Assembly (NCBI GenBank): GCA_020631995.1
Contig: JACKGJ010000001.1
Location: 225,753 to 289,752 of the forward strand
Direction: 5' to 3'
Length of the DNA stretch: 64,000 nucleotides
Source of the DNA: Candidatus Nomurabacteria bacterium
Lineage (GTDB): Bacteria > Patescibacteriota > Minisyncoccia > Phycocordibacterales > UBA918
The number at the start of each line of letters is the position of its first letter. Within the stretch, counting starts at the first letter, position 1. A model generated the notes under the pieces. It searched no databases, was not told the DNA's origin, and was given only the letters and a program-made list of their open reading frames with translations. The position numbers and the translations under genes are program-made. Positions 16,031 to 24,804 of this stretch are shown piece after piece.

Positions 16031-16183
16031 TGACGAACACCACCCAGGCCTGCGGGCTTGGGTGGACCAGGTGTTCTTTCTAGCTAAAGAGTCTTCCTGC
16101 AGAATCTGTACACCCACCGAGAGCTCTTCTTTTAAAAGTTTTCTGGCGTAAACATTGCTAGTAATATTTTTGGAGATAGGCGG
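16031..16183 (+). repeat. Intergenic module copy E2
   Basis: It has the same conserved blocks as E1 (GGACCAGGTGTTCT identical; CTCTTCTTTTAAAAGTTT.CTGGCG.AAACATTGCTAGTAATA 40/42). The inner hairpin has a completely different sequence (ACCCAGGCC..GGGCTTGGGT). Confidence 0.8.
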
Positions 16184-16237
16184 TCTTGTAGGTACACGCG
16201 ACTAATATGCGTTTATAAAGACCGATAAATTAAACAT

Positions 16238-16963
16238 ATGAAAACTATAGCCATAAACTTAAATTACTTGTCCCTATATGGAGTGAGTTTAATGCTACTT
16301 TCAGCACTGGCTTTAACTCCATTGTACTCACACGCACAGATCAATGTCACTACTAGTTCTGATGCTTCTAGCACAATTGAGTTCGGTACCGATGATGGTT
16401 CCACAACTACAGCTAGTAGTATCATAGAGTTAGAAGTAGGCGCTGAATCTACCAGCACTGAGTTTGAAACTGAAGCACAAAACTCTACATCGCTTCGGGT
16501 AAATGCTGATGGTGATGCTATCGCCTTTGCAGCAGACGTAAAGAACGATGCTGATTTGGAAGTATTCGCACACAATATTTCTGAAACAGAAGAAAACGTA
16601 TCTGGGGTAGAAGTAGATTCTGAAGAGAATGGTGCCTGGCAAGCAGAAGTATCATATGAGCATGAAGGAAAGCTCTTTGGTCTAATGCAGGTCACCCTTA
16701 AATCAAAAACTACTGTTGAAGTAAACGAAGGCGGAGAACTAGAGGTTCACTCCAACCTCCCATGGTGGAACTTCTTGGTTACAAAGAAGAATCACGCTGA
16801 GTCTGAAATAGAATCTCGTCTTCGTGATAACGCTACTATTATGGCCGCCGCGGAAGTAGAAGCAAACGCTGCTGTGAAAGCACAGGTAGTGGAAGCGGTA
16901 GTTGCTGAGCTAAACGCTCACACTTACATCTACTCTTCCATAAATGCAGAAGTGCTCTTCTAA
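16238..16963 (+). CDS. Secreted hypothetical protein
   Basis: Signal-like N-terminus (LMLLSALALTPLYSHAQ) with a Thr/Ser/Glu-rich body. It is followed by the hairpin AAAAAGCGTGG..CCGCGCTTTTT. Confidence 0.5.
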   Translation: MKTIAINLNYLSLYGVSLMLLSALALTPLYSHAQINVTTSSDASSTIEFGTDDGSTTTASSIIELEVGAESTSTEFETEAQNSTSLRVNADGDAIAFAADVKNDADLEVFAHNISETEENVSGVEVDSEENGAWQAEVSYEHEGKLFGLMQVTLKSKTTVEVNEGGELEVHSNLPWWNFLVTKKNHAESEIESRLRDNATIMAAAEVEANAAVKAQVVEAVVAELNAHTYIYSSINAEVLF

Positions 16964-17029
16964 AGAACTACTACAATTAAGAAAAAGCGTGGTCTAACCG
17001 CGCTTTTTCTTTAACAAGTGGGGGAGTAT

Positions 17030-18115
17030 TTATTTTCCTCGACCAAACACACTTCTGAGTTTAGAGACGTGTTCTTCGTAGGTAGGGGAACAATAAAAAT
17101 CACCGCGATTGGCGTGAAAATAGAAGAGACAGTCTGTGATTTCTGGATTAAGGGCAGCTACAATTGCTTCTAAAGAGGGGTTAGCTATCGCACTCGGAGG
17201 AAGACCTTTATTTCGATATGTATTGAAAGGTGACTCTATGAATTTATCGGCCGGCACAGGTATTGGCCACCAAGGCTGATCGGTACGACTGCCTTTTGCA
17301 TATTGCAAAGTAGCATCGAGTTGGAGGGGCATATCAATGAATAGTCGATTCCATATCACTCCAGATATTTCGCGCATATCAGTAAAATCATATGCTTCTC
17401 TCTGGAGTAGAGAAGCTATAACTAAAACATCATTGAGAGGAAGGATGTCGCCCGCACCATTTTCGTACCTATCTAATACTTCGCTCTCAAAACGTTCATT
17501 TACCATCTGGGCCACGTCACCCGCAGATGCATCAACGGCTACCAAATAACGCTCTGGATAAAACTTTCCCTCTACTAGCGCAGGATCCTCTGATGTAACC
17601 AGTTCTAAAAAGCGGTCTCTTTCGGCCCTTTCCCAACCCAAGATGTCACCAAAGTTTTTTGCTATCTGCTCTTTACGTTCACCAGGAAAAATTACCAACA
17701 AACGGCCGCCCGGTATTGCCATCTGATACCAAGAAGAGTTACTAAGCTTGGCAATGAAGCGTGCAAACTTACCAGAAGGAACTAAAGAAGGGAAGCTCCA
17801 CTTCGCTCTACCTTCGTTCGCAATAAAACTCTCAAGGGCAGGATTCTCTGTTATTTTTTTAAGCTCTGGATTAACACCGATAGGGAACGGGGCTACCGCT
17901 ATCTTAGGTTCAGTAAGAGGGAAACTAATAGTGAGTGCCGTAAATATGGTAAGTGCCGTAAATAAAAAGAGGAGTAACAAAAAAGAACCGTAAATGGAAC
18001 GTAGTACAAAAGTAATGCGGGTATTAAAGAGAGGACGTTTAAGTAGGCGATACCAGCGCTTCTGATTTAGTCTACTTATTTTAAAGTTTTTAAGACGCCA
18101 AGTCCGCGACTTCAT
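17030..18115 (-). CDS. mltG: Endolytic murein transglycosylase MltG (YceG-like)
   Basis: N-terminal TM segment. LLQREAYDFTDMREISGVIWNRL, LQLDATLQYA and NTYRNKGLPPSAIANPSLEAI. Confidence 0.85.
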   Translation of the reverse strand: MKSRTWRLKNFKISRLNQKRWYRLLKRPLFNTRITFVLRSIYGSFLLLLFLFTALTIFTALTISFPLTEPKIAVAPFPIGVNPELKKITENPALESFIANEGRAKWSFPSLVPSGKFARFIAKLSNSSWYQMAIPGGRLLVIFPGERKEQIAKNFGDILGWERAERDRFLELVTSEDPALVEGKFYPERYLVAVDASAGDVAQMVNERFESEVLDRYENGAGDILPLNDVLVIASLLQREAYDFTDMREISGVIWNRLFIDMPLQLDATLQYAKGSRTDQPWWPIPVPADKFIESPFNTYRNKGLPPSAIANPSLEAIVAALNPEITDCLFYFHANRGDFYCSPTYEEHVSKLRSVFGRGK

Positions 18116-18396
18116 ATTTCAGTTATTGTAACAGTATTTCTTTAAGTTGTTTGCTCCAAACTGCATACAACTTGGACAAGGTAAAACTAGACATTAAAAG
18201 GTGTACTTATCGTAAGCAAATCAAAACCCTTGAATAAGTAGGAGGTACGTGCTTTAATAGTCTCACAAAGAGCCCTCCTTGGGAGCACTTCCAATTCTAT
18301 GCCAAAAGCGTAGAGGTCGCGGAAGGAACGAACAGGTGTAGAAGGACTTTGTTCGGAGTAAGAAATTACTCCGAATTAAAAAATAAGTAGAACAAA

Positions 18397-18594
18397 ATGA
18401 CAGGAACTATTGCACGTCTTACAGATCGTGGTTTCGGCTTTATCAAGCCAGACCAGGGTGACAAGGATGTATTCTTCCATGCTCGTTCTCTCGTAGAAAT
18501 CATGTATGATGATCTACGTGAGGGTGAAGCAGTCACTTTTGATGTTGAAGAGGGCCCTAAGGGACCTTCTGCCATCAATGTGAAGCGCGCATAA
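18397..18594 (+). CDS. Cold-shock domain protein
   Basis: GTIARLTDRGFGFIKPDQGDKDVFFHARSL contains the RNP-1/RNP-2 motifs. There is a long 5' leader (TTGAAT-N17-TTTAAT near 18233-18261) and a 17-bp-stem terminator at 18608-18651. Confidence 0.9.
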   Translation: MTGTIARLTDRGFGFIKPDQGDKDVFFHARSLVEIMYDDLREGEAVTFDVEEGPKGPSAINVKRA

Positions 18595-18749
18595 GACACG
18601 CGAAAAGGAAAATCACCATCGTATTCCAATTGGGATACGATGGTGATTTTCTATTAAAGTAGGCTAAATTTTGGATAATTTCATTTATGATATAATCGAT
18701 GTTGAGACCTACACTTATAGTTGGACTCTCTAAATTCTTTTTAAACTTT

Positions 18750-19478
18750 ATGAACGAAAAAACAACAGAAACTGTGGAAAAAAGTAGCAGTAACGTACTT
18801 TTGATAACATTTGCGATATTGGCAGTGTTAGCAATCGTAGCTACTGGTGTTTATTTTTCTATAAATACTAGCAAGAGTGCCGAAACTATGGAGGAAGCTG
18901 ATTCGGCAGTTGCTCGTGTAAATGGCGAGGAGATAAGCCAGAGTGAATATAATCGTAGCGTCGCCCAGATTACTGGAGTGTACGCTTCTCAGGGCGCTGA
19001 TCCAACTGACCCTAATGTCATAGCCGCAGTAAATGACCAGGCGTTAAACACTTTGATAAATCGTATGCTGATGGCAAATGCTGCCTTGTCTACTGGTATA
19101 GCAGTTAGTGACTCTGAAGTGGAAACTGAGTTCCAGGCAGCAGTAACTAGCCTTGGTGGTGAAGAAGCTTTGGCTACTGCACTAAGTGAAAATGGTTTAA
19201 GCGAAGAAACTCTTCGTTCTGAGATTCGAACTGACCTATTAATCAACAAATATCTAGAAAACAAGTTGGAAGTCAGCTCTATCACAGTAACAGATGAAGA
19301 AATTGAAGCAGCGTATGATACTGCCATTAACAGCAGTGAAAACGCGGAGGAAATTCCCGAACTTGCAGATGTTAGAGACGTAATTAGTAGCCAACTCCTT
19401 AGTGAAAAGCAACAAGTTGCTATAAACGCAGAGCTGGAACGTCTACGACAAGAGGCCTCTATCGAAGTACTTATATAG
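18750..19478 (+). CDS. SurA N-terminal-domain-like membrane-anchored chaperone (no PPIase motif seen)
   Basis: TM segment LLITFAILAVLAIVATGVYF, then VARVNGEEISQSEYNRSVAQ... Start ATG at 18750. Terminator at 19504-19532. Confidence 0.55.
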   Translation: MNEKTTETVEKSSSNVLLITFAILAVLAIVATGVYFSINTSKSAETMEEADSAVARVNGEEISQSEYNRSVAQITGVYASQGADPTDPNVIAAVNDQALNTLINRMLMANAALSTGIAVSDSEVETEFQAAVTSLGGEEALATALSENGLSEETLRSEIRTDLLINKYLENKLEVSSITVTDEEIEAAYDTAINSSENAEEIPELADVRDVISSQLLSEKQQVAINAELERLRQEASIEVLI

Positions 19479-19551
19479 GTATATATAGCAAAGCTATCTA
19501 AGCAGAAAACCGGCCTGAATGGCCGGTTTTCTAATAGGGGAGAGTAGGCAC

Positions 19552-19580
19552 TTGAAATTTATCCTTAAGTATGCTATAGT
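19552..19580 (+). promoter_or_regulatory. Sigma70-type promoter of rpsO
   Basis: TTGAAA (19552-19557), 17-nt spacer, TATAGT (19575-19580). Confidence 0.6.
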
Positions 19581-19655
19581 TGTCGCAACCTTCGCAGGTT
19601 TAAAAAAGGGACTCAAGGGACATCTAACCCTCGTTTTCCACAAATTTCACAAAAA

Positions 19656-19922
19656 ATGCTAAGTAAGAATCAGAAACAGCGCGCACTAAAAGATGTTCGC
19701 CGACACGATGGAGACACTGGTTCTCCTCAGGCACAGATTGGTATTTTAACCAAGCAAATTAGTGCCCTTGCTACACACCTGCGCAAGAACGCTAAGGATT
19801 TTCATTCCCGTCGCGGACTTTTACAGATGGTAGCAGACCGTCGCAAACAACTACGCTATCTAGAGCGAAAGGATAAAAAGGAGTATGACTCTATTATCAA
19901 GAAGCTTGGCCTGAAGAAGTAA
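19656..19922 (+). CDS. rpsO: 30S ribosomal protein S15
   Basis: GDTGSPQAQIGILTKQISALATHLRKNAKDFHSRRGLLQMVADRRKQLRYL. Confidence 0.95.
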   Translation: MLSKNQKQRALKDVRRHDGDTGSPQAQIGILTKQISALATHLRKNAKDFHSRRGLLQMVADRRKQLRYLERKDKKEYDSIIKKLGLKK

Positions 19923-20172
19923 TTCAATAAAATCGCGATCCGCTACGTTGGACTTCTGAAATTAATGTTCACTGGACTACTCTTTGTCCCGCTCACATTA
20001 TTTTCCTCGTCCGCCTTCCGGCTCATCGATTTTATTGAATTACTTTGGTCACAACAGTTACGGCGTGGCCTTCGGCCATGCCGTAACTGTTATAATCAGC
20101 GAAGGCATTATCAAATGTGTCAAAGGACCTTTTAATAAATCGAACTTAGACCTTAAATTTTATATTCAAAAT

Positions 20173-20763
20173 ATGTCAGTAATAAGACATCCAGAACAAA
20201 GAGTGGCTATCTTAATAGATACACAAAACCTTTATCATAGTGCAAAAAATCTTTATCGTTCTAAAGTAAATTTTGGGGCAGTAGTAAAAGCGGTACTAGG
20301 TGAGCGTAAACTTATTCGTGCTTTATCCTATGTAGTTAATACGGAAAGCGGGGAAGAGACTGCTTTCTTTGAAGCGTTAGAGAAACTCGGAATTGAAATA
20401 AAGACAAAAGATTTACAAATTTTTTATGGTGGTGCCAAAAAAGCCGACTGGGACGTAGGGCTCGCTATTGATGCCATCAAGCTTGCCCATAAGGTAGACG
20501 CAATTGTTATCGCAAGTGGTGACGGGGACTTCGTGCCACTAGTAGAATACATTAAGTCACAAGGTTGTCAGGTAGAAGTAGTGAGTTTTGGTCGTTCCTC
20601 TTCACAGCGACTTCGTGAAAGTGTCGACGACTTTATTGATATGGACGATGATCCTTCAGAATTCTTGATTGGTTATCGGCCAAACAAAACCAAATCTCAG
20701 AAGGAGAAATTGTCCGATGATGATGAAGTCAAAACAGTTGGCAGTGACACAGACAATATCTAG
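20173..20763 (+). CDS. NYN/LabA-like domain protein
   Basis: RVAILIDTQNLYHSAKNLY...ADWDVGLAIDAI...IASGDGDFVPLVEYIKSQG. ATG at 20173; the upstream part of the track ORF covers a structured non-coding stretch. Confidence 0.75.
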   Translation: MSVIRHPEQRVAILIDTQNLYHSAKNLYRSKVNFGAVVKAVLGERKLIRALSYVVNTESGEETAFFEALEKLGIEIKTKDLQIFYGGAKKADWDVGLAIDAIKLAHKVDAIVIASGDGDFVPLVEYIKSQGCQVEVVSFGRSSSQRLRESVDDFIDMDDDPSEFLIGYRPNKTKSQKEKLSDDDEVKTVGSDTDNI

Positions 20764-20865
20764 CTTCTACTCCACAGATAAAAAGCGCGAGTCTTTGACT
20801 CGCGCTTTTTATACAACCTATCCTTAAAGCACGTTTAAGCCATGCGATAATAGATATAAATATTT

Positions 20866-22584
20866 ATGGGCTCGAACACTGTTAAATTAAAAAAGCTTCG
20901 AACGTTTCATTCTGATATGGAGCGTATAAAACCTAGCCCAAAACCAGAAACTCCTGTAAACACCCCTGCACCCACTCAACCTACTAAGTCCTTAACATCT
21001 GTACTTAACCCCAAAAAAGTAACTACAGAAATATTTACTCCACCACCTTCTACACCAAACAAAATACCGCAGGTTCCCTTACATACAACACCTAAAGTCA
21101 CAACAATCAAACCTAGCGTACCGAACGAAGTTGTAAATCAGCCATTAGTTCCGACTTTGCCTTCAGTATCTGACCATTCAGCTATTTCTAAGGAAATGTC
21201 TGCGAATCTTGGAACTTTGTCTAAAACAACCGAGTATAGTCCTGGTGAAAAATTGAACGTAATGGATACGGATAATGTAATCACAGAGGGTACAATTATT
21301 ACTGATAAAAAAAGAGAACGCTTCAGCTTATTGCCCGCAATGGTAGAGGCAATAAAAGACTGGTTTTCAGAAGGCAAAGAAAGTATTGAAAGACGCGTCG
21401 AGAAAAAGCGACTGGCGACACCTACTGTTAGTACAATTGAGGATCGTAAAGAGATTCTAAAGAAAGCAGCTCACCAAAGCGCCCAAGCTCCAAAGGATGA
21501 CTATAAAAAGCTTACTGACAAACTACCAAAAAAACTGGCTGAGAAGCCAGTACCGACAAAGTCTTGGTTGACTATAGTTAAGAAGGAACAAAGTGCCAAG
21601 CCTGGCTGGAGCCACTTTGAGGAAAATCAAACAAAACCTGTTGCACCAGTTGCAGTGACGGCCACTGAAGAGAAAGTCCCTGATAAATCTGTAGCTCCAG
21701 CAGCAATTCCTCTCCTACCTACTACTAAAGAAGAACCTGCAACTAAAGCTCCACTCGAGTCGACAGTACCGAAGGTGAAAGTTGAACCTGTAGAGTTAAC
21801 GATAAAAGATAAACCTGCTCCACCTCCACCACGCAAGTGGAAAGAAACACCGCGACCAAAAAGGTTTGCGGGGGTTTCACGTTTTCTATTTTTTGTAATC
21901 GCTATAGTGATAGCATTAGTTTCCATAGCAGGTGGAGTGATGTTGACGATGTGGTTCTTTGGAACAAGTAACGGACTAACTCCCACTACTCAAATTAGTA
22001 CAAACGACTCAGTCGATACACAAAAAGAATTACTACTAATTAGAGAAGACAGGCAAACAGAACTGCCACTTCCACGTTCTCGCGCCCAATTCTATAAGGA
22101 CATACTAACTAATAGTCAGGACTCTGGTGGCATCAATGTAATCATTCCTACCATTGATGGTGCAGGAGTAAAAGCCAGTACTGGAGACATCCTTGAGACC
22201 TTGGCTTGGCAAGGTGGTCCAGCACTATTGCGTGCTATCAATGAAGTAAACTTTGGAATGTTGGGTACTACACCATTCATCATAATGCGAGTTACTTCGT
22301 TTGATACTGCATTTGGGGGTCTCTTGTATGCAGAGGATAAGCTAAGTAATGATTTATCACCACTGTTTGGTGAACCAGTCACTGGTTCGTTTAGTGTTTC
22401 TCCTGAAGGAAGCAAAGTACGCCCAGCCTACTTTGAAGATGACACGGTACGTAATCACGACGTCCGAGTTCTTCGTGATGAGTTGGAGAAAGAAAGAATA
22501 GTCTACGGCTTTGTAAATCAAAATACAGTAATCATAACCACAGACAGAGGAACATTCTCTGCCTTAGCTGAAGCAATACGTTAA
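20866..22584 (+). CDS. Hypothetical single-pass membrane protein (Pro/Thr/Lys-rich N-terminal half, ~210-aa C-terminal domain)
   Basis: The long ORF has the TM segment FLFFVIAIVIALVSIAGGVMLTMWFF. I recognise no family motif. Confidence 0.5.
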   Translation: MGSNTVKLKKLRTFHSDMERIKPSPKPETPVNTPAPTQPTKSLTSVLNPKKVTTEIFTPPPSTPNKIPQVPLHTTPKVTTIKPSVPNEVVNQPLVPTLPSVSDHSAISKEMSANLGTLSKTTEYSPGEKLNVMDTDNVITEGTIITDKKRERFSLLPAMVEAIKDWFSEGKESIERRVEKKRLATPTVSTIEDRKEILKKAAHQSAQAPKDDYKKLTDKLPKKLAEKPVPTKSWLTIVKKEQSAKPGWSHFEENQTKPVAPVAVTATEEKVPDKSVAPAAIPLLPTTKEEPATKAPLESTVPKVKVEPVELTIKDKPAPPPPRKWKETPRPKRFAGVSRFLFFVIAIVIALVSIAGGVMLTMWFFGTSNGLTPTTQISTNDSVDTQKELLLIREDRQTELPLPRSRAQFYKDILTNSQDSGGINVIIPTIDGAGVKASTGDILETLAWQGGPALLRAINEVNFGMLGTTPFIIMRVTSFDTAFGGLLYAEDKLSNDLSPLFGEPVTGSFSVSPEGSKVRPAYFEDDTVRNHDVRVLRDELEKERIVYGFVNQNTVIITTDRGTFSALAEAIR

Positions 22585-22608
22585 TTATAAGTGGTATATA
22601 ATATTTTT

Positions 22609-22971
22609 ATGGAAACAGAAAAATTTAAAACCGCACTTAAGGTCGAACTAGATCGGCTAAATAGCGAAATGAAAGAATTAGGGGTAAAGAACCCTGGGGT
22701 AAAAGGTGACTGGGTAGAGAGAACAAATGATTTAGACACTGTTAGTGCAGACCTAAACGATGTAGCTGATCGTACCGAGGAATATGACGAAAGGCGAGCT
22801 ACGCTTGCAACCCTCGAAGGCAGATACAACAATATCAAGCGAGCTCTGAAAAAAATCGATGAGGGTAACTACGGTATTTGCGAAGTGTCTGGCGAACCAA
22901 TTGAGGAAGATAGATTGGAAGCTAATCCAGCAGCTAGAACTTGCAAGGCCCATATGGATGAAGCTCTTTAA
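22609..22971 (+). CDS. DksA/TraR-family zinc-finger-like protein (degenerate finger)
   Basis: Coiled-coil N-terminus, then GNYGICEVSGEPIEEDRLEANPAARTCKAH (only 2 of 4 Cys retained). TATAAT (22597-22602) lies 6 nt before the ATG. Confidence 0.65.
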   Translation: METEKFKTALKVELDRLNSEMKELGVKNPGVKGDWVERTNDLDTVSADLNDVADRTEEYDERRATLATLEGRYNNIKRALKKIDEGNYGICEVSGEPIEEDRLEANPAARTCKAHMDEAL

Positions 22972-22978
22972 ATCTACT

Positions 22979-24496
22979 ATGTCGATTGCCAGAACATACA
23001 CGGCTCAACCAGGAATATTGCGCGGTGATATTATCACTATCGAAGTAGACCTTTCACGAGGTCTTTATTCGTTTGCGGTGGTGGGTTTAGTTGGAAAAGC
23101 AGTCGAAGAAGCTAAAGACCGAGTTAGTGCAGCTATTAAAAATTCTGGATTCACTTCACCAAAAAGCGAAAATCAAAAAGTCGTAGTATCACTTTCTCCA
23201 GCCGACCTAAAGAAAGACGGACCACTCTTTGATTTACCGATCGCAATCGCTTATCTACTTGCTTCCGGTGCAATGAAAACCGACATTGAAAAAACTTTAT
23301 TAATTGGTGAACTTTCTTTAGACGGTCACCTACGTGAAGTGCGTGGCATATTACCAGTGGTCATAGCAGGGAAGAAGGCTGGTTTCACAGAGATAATAGT
23401 GCCATACGATAATCAAGAAGAAGCCGCCCTAATTGATGGAGTGAATATTTATGGAGCCCAGTCCTTAATGGAAGTGGTAGATCATTTAGACAAGAGTCGT
23501 ACCAGCTACTCAAAACTTGGTATCACTAAACCAACACAAATCAAAGAGCATTGGACCGACACTCACATAAGACTAGAGGATATTAAGGGTCAGGAAAGTG
23601 CTAAGCGAGGACTCCTGATTGCAGCCGCTGGACTCCACAACATCATAATGGCTGGACCACCCGGTACCGGAAAGACGATGTTAGCCCGAGCCTTTCAAGG
23701 ACTACTACCGCCATTATCTAAAGAAGAAGCTCTCGAAGTAATGGCTATACACTCACTAGTCGGTAATTCGGAAAAAGAAATCTCATCAGCACCACCATTT
23801 CGCACCCCACATCATACTGCTAGTCACACGAGTATAGTCGGTGGAGGAGTTAATCCGCGCCCAGGCGAAGTGACCCTCTCACATCGGGGAGTCTTATTTA
23901 TGGACGAGTTTCCGGAATTTGATAGACGTTCTTTGGATGCACTTCGCCAACCATTAGAGGATAGATGTGTAACTATATCGAGAGTAAAGGGAAGCGAGAA
24001 GTTTCCTGCAGACTTCGTTTTAGTAGCTGCTCTAAATCCTTATCGAGGAACAGAAGATGGAAGTACCGACTACGCATCAACAATGATGGATACGTATAAA
24101 AACAAAATCTCCGGGCCAATTTTAGATCGCATCGACTTGTGGCTCAACGTTCCACACGTGGATTACGAGACATTAACTAGGAAGACCATAGAGAATGACG
24201 AGACAAAGAGAGCAAGAGAACAAGTAATGAAGGCTCGTGAACTCCAGAGAAAACGCTTCAAAAACAGCAGTGCACTCTTAAACTCCCGTATCTCAAGTAG
24301 GGAACTGGAAGAGTTGGTTCCATTGTCGGACGAAGTAAAAGATATGCTTCGCCAAGCTTCTGTAAAGTTAAACCTCTCACCCCGCGCTCTCCACCGACTG
24401 ATCAAAGTTGCCCGAACCATCGCTGACCTTGAAGACCAAACAGACCTCGCCCTCCCACATATCCTTGAAGCCCTCCAATACCGAGTAAAAATGTAG
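22979..24496 (+). CDS. comM: YifB/ComM family Mg-chelatase-like AAA+ ATPase
   Basis: IEVDLSRGLYSFAVVGL, GPPGTGKTMLA, GVLFMDEFPEF, ALRQPLEDR and AALNP. ATG at 22979 (MSIARTY). Confidence 0.9.
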   Translation: MSIARTYTAQPGILRGDIITIEVDLSRGLYSFAVVGLVGKAVEEAKDRVSAAIKNSGFTSPKSENQKVVVSLSPADLKKDGPLFDLPIAIAYLLASGAMKTDIEKTLLIGELSLDGHLREVRGILPVVIAGKKAGFTEIIVPYDNQEEAALIDGVNIYGAQSLMEVVDHLDKSRTSYSKLGITKPTQIKEHWTDTHIRLEDIKGQESAKRGLLIAAAGLHNIIMAGPPGTGKTMLARAFQGLLPPLSKEEALEVMAIHSLVGNSEKEISSAPPFRTPHHTASHTSIVGGGVNPRPGEVTLSHRGVLFMDEFPEFDRRSLDALRQPLEDRCVTISRVKGSEKFPADFVLVAALNPYRGTEDGSTDYASTMMDTYKNKISGPILDRIDLWLNVPHVDYETLTRKTIENDETKRAREQVMKARELQRKRFKNSSALLNSRISSRELEELVPLSDEVKDMLRQASVKLNLSPRALHRLIKVARTIADLEDQTDLALPHILEALQYRVKM

Positions 24497-24506
24497 CTCG
24501 TCCTAT

Positions 24507-24651
24507 CCCCGCTGCAAGCAGACGGGGCATTAGGCGAGCGAACCAGGCGTTTTTTCTTGCTAAAGAGTCGCCCTCCGGCGACACTATTTTTATAAGTCGC
24601 ATTCATCTCCGCGGCAGAGCCGTCGAAGCATTATGCGACATTGCTAGTAAA
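24507..24651 (+). repeat. Intergenic module copy E3 (diverged)
   Basis: AACCAGGCGTT..CTTGCTAAAGAGTCGCC-ctcc-GGCGACACT...GCGACATTGCTAGTAAA. The terminator-like stem covaries with E1 (TGCC/GGCA becomes CGCC/GGCG). Confidence 0.65.
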
Positions 24652-24764
24652 AATTTAATTATAAAAACTTCAAATTTCTTTGTAGACCATTTTAATAAAA
24701 CACTGATATTACTGCTAACGACTTTGAAAAATTTGGTGGAGCCAAAAGTTTAAATTAAAAAAAT

Positions 24765-24789
24765 ACCCCGACGCGTGGTGCGCCGGGGT
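24765..24789 (-). terminator. Terminator of the DUF4214 gene
   Basis: The ACCCCG..CGGGGT hairpin is followed on the minus strand by ATTTTTTTAATTT. Confidence 0.6.
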
Positions 24790-24804
24790 TATATTTTAGG
24801 GCCT

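Noticed and set aside
19921-20041. SRP (4.5S) RNA here or at 31103-31208
   Set aside because: A CC-GGAA-GG tetraloop-like string (minus strand near 20010) and AGCAG/GAAGG strings (31120-31170) are present. The conserved GGAAGCAGCC arrangement and the symmetric and asymmetric loop pattern are not.
19984-20172. N-terminal extensions of track ORFs (NYN 19984, rsmA 31099, comM 22859, anti-sigma 15124, csoR 7921, cca 4000)
   Set aside because: The extensions run through terminator hairpins, operators or the preceding gene. Internal ATGs with promoter or spacing support give products that begin where the family homology begins.
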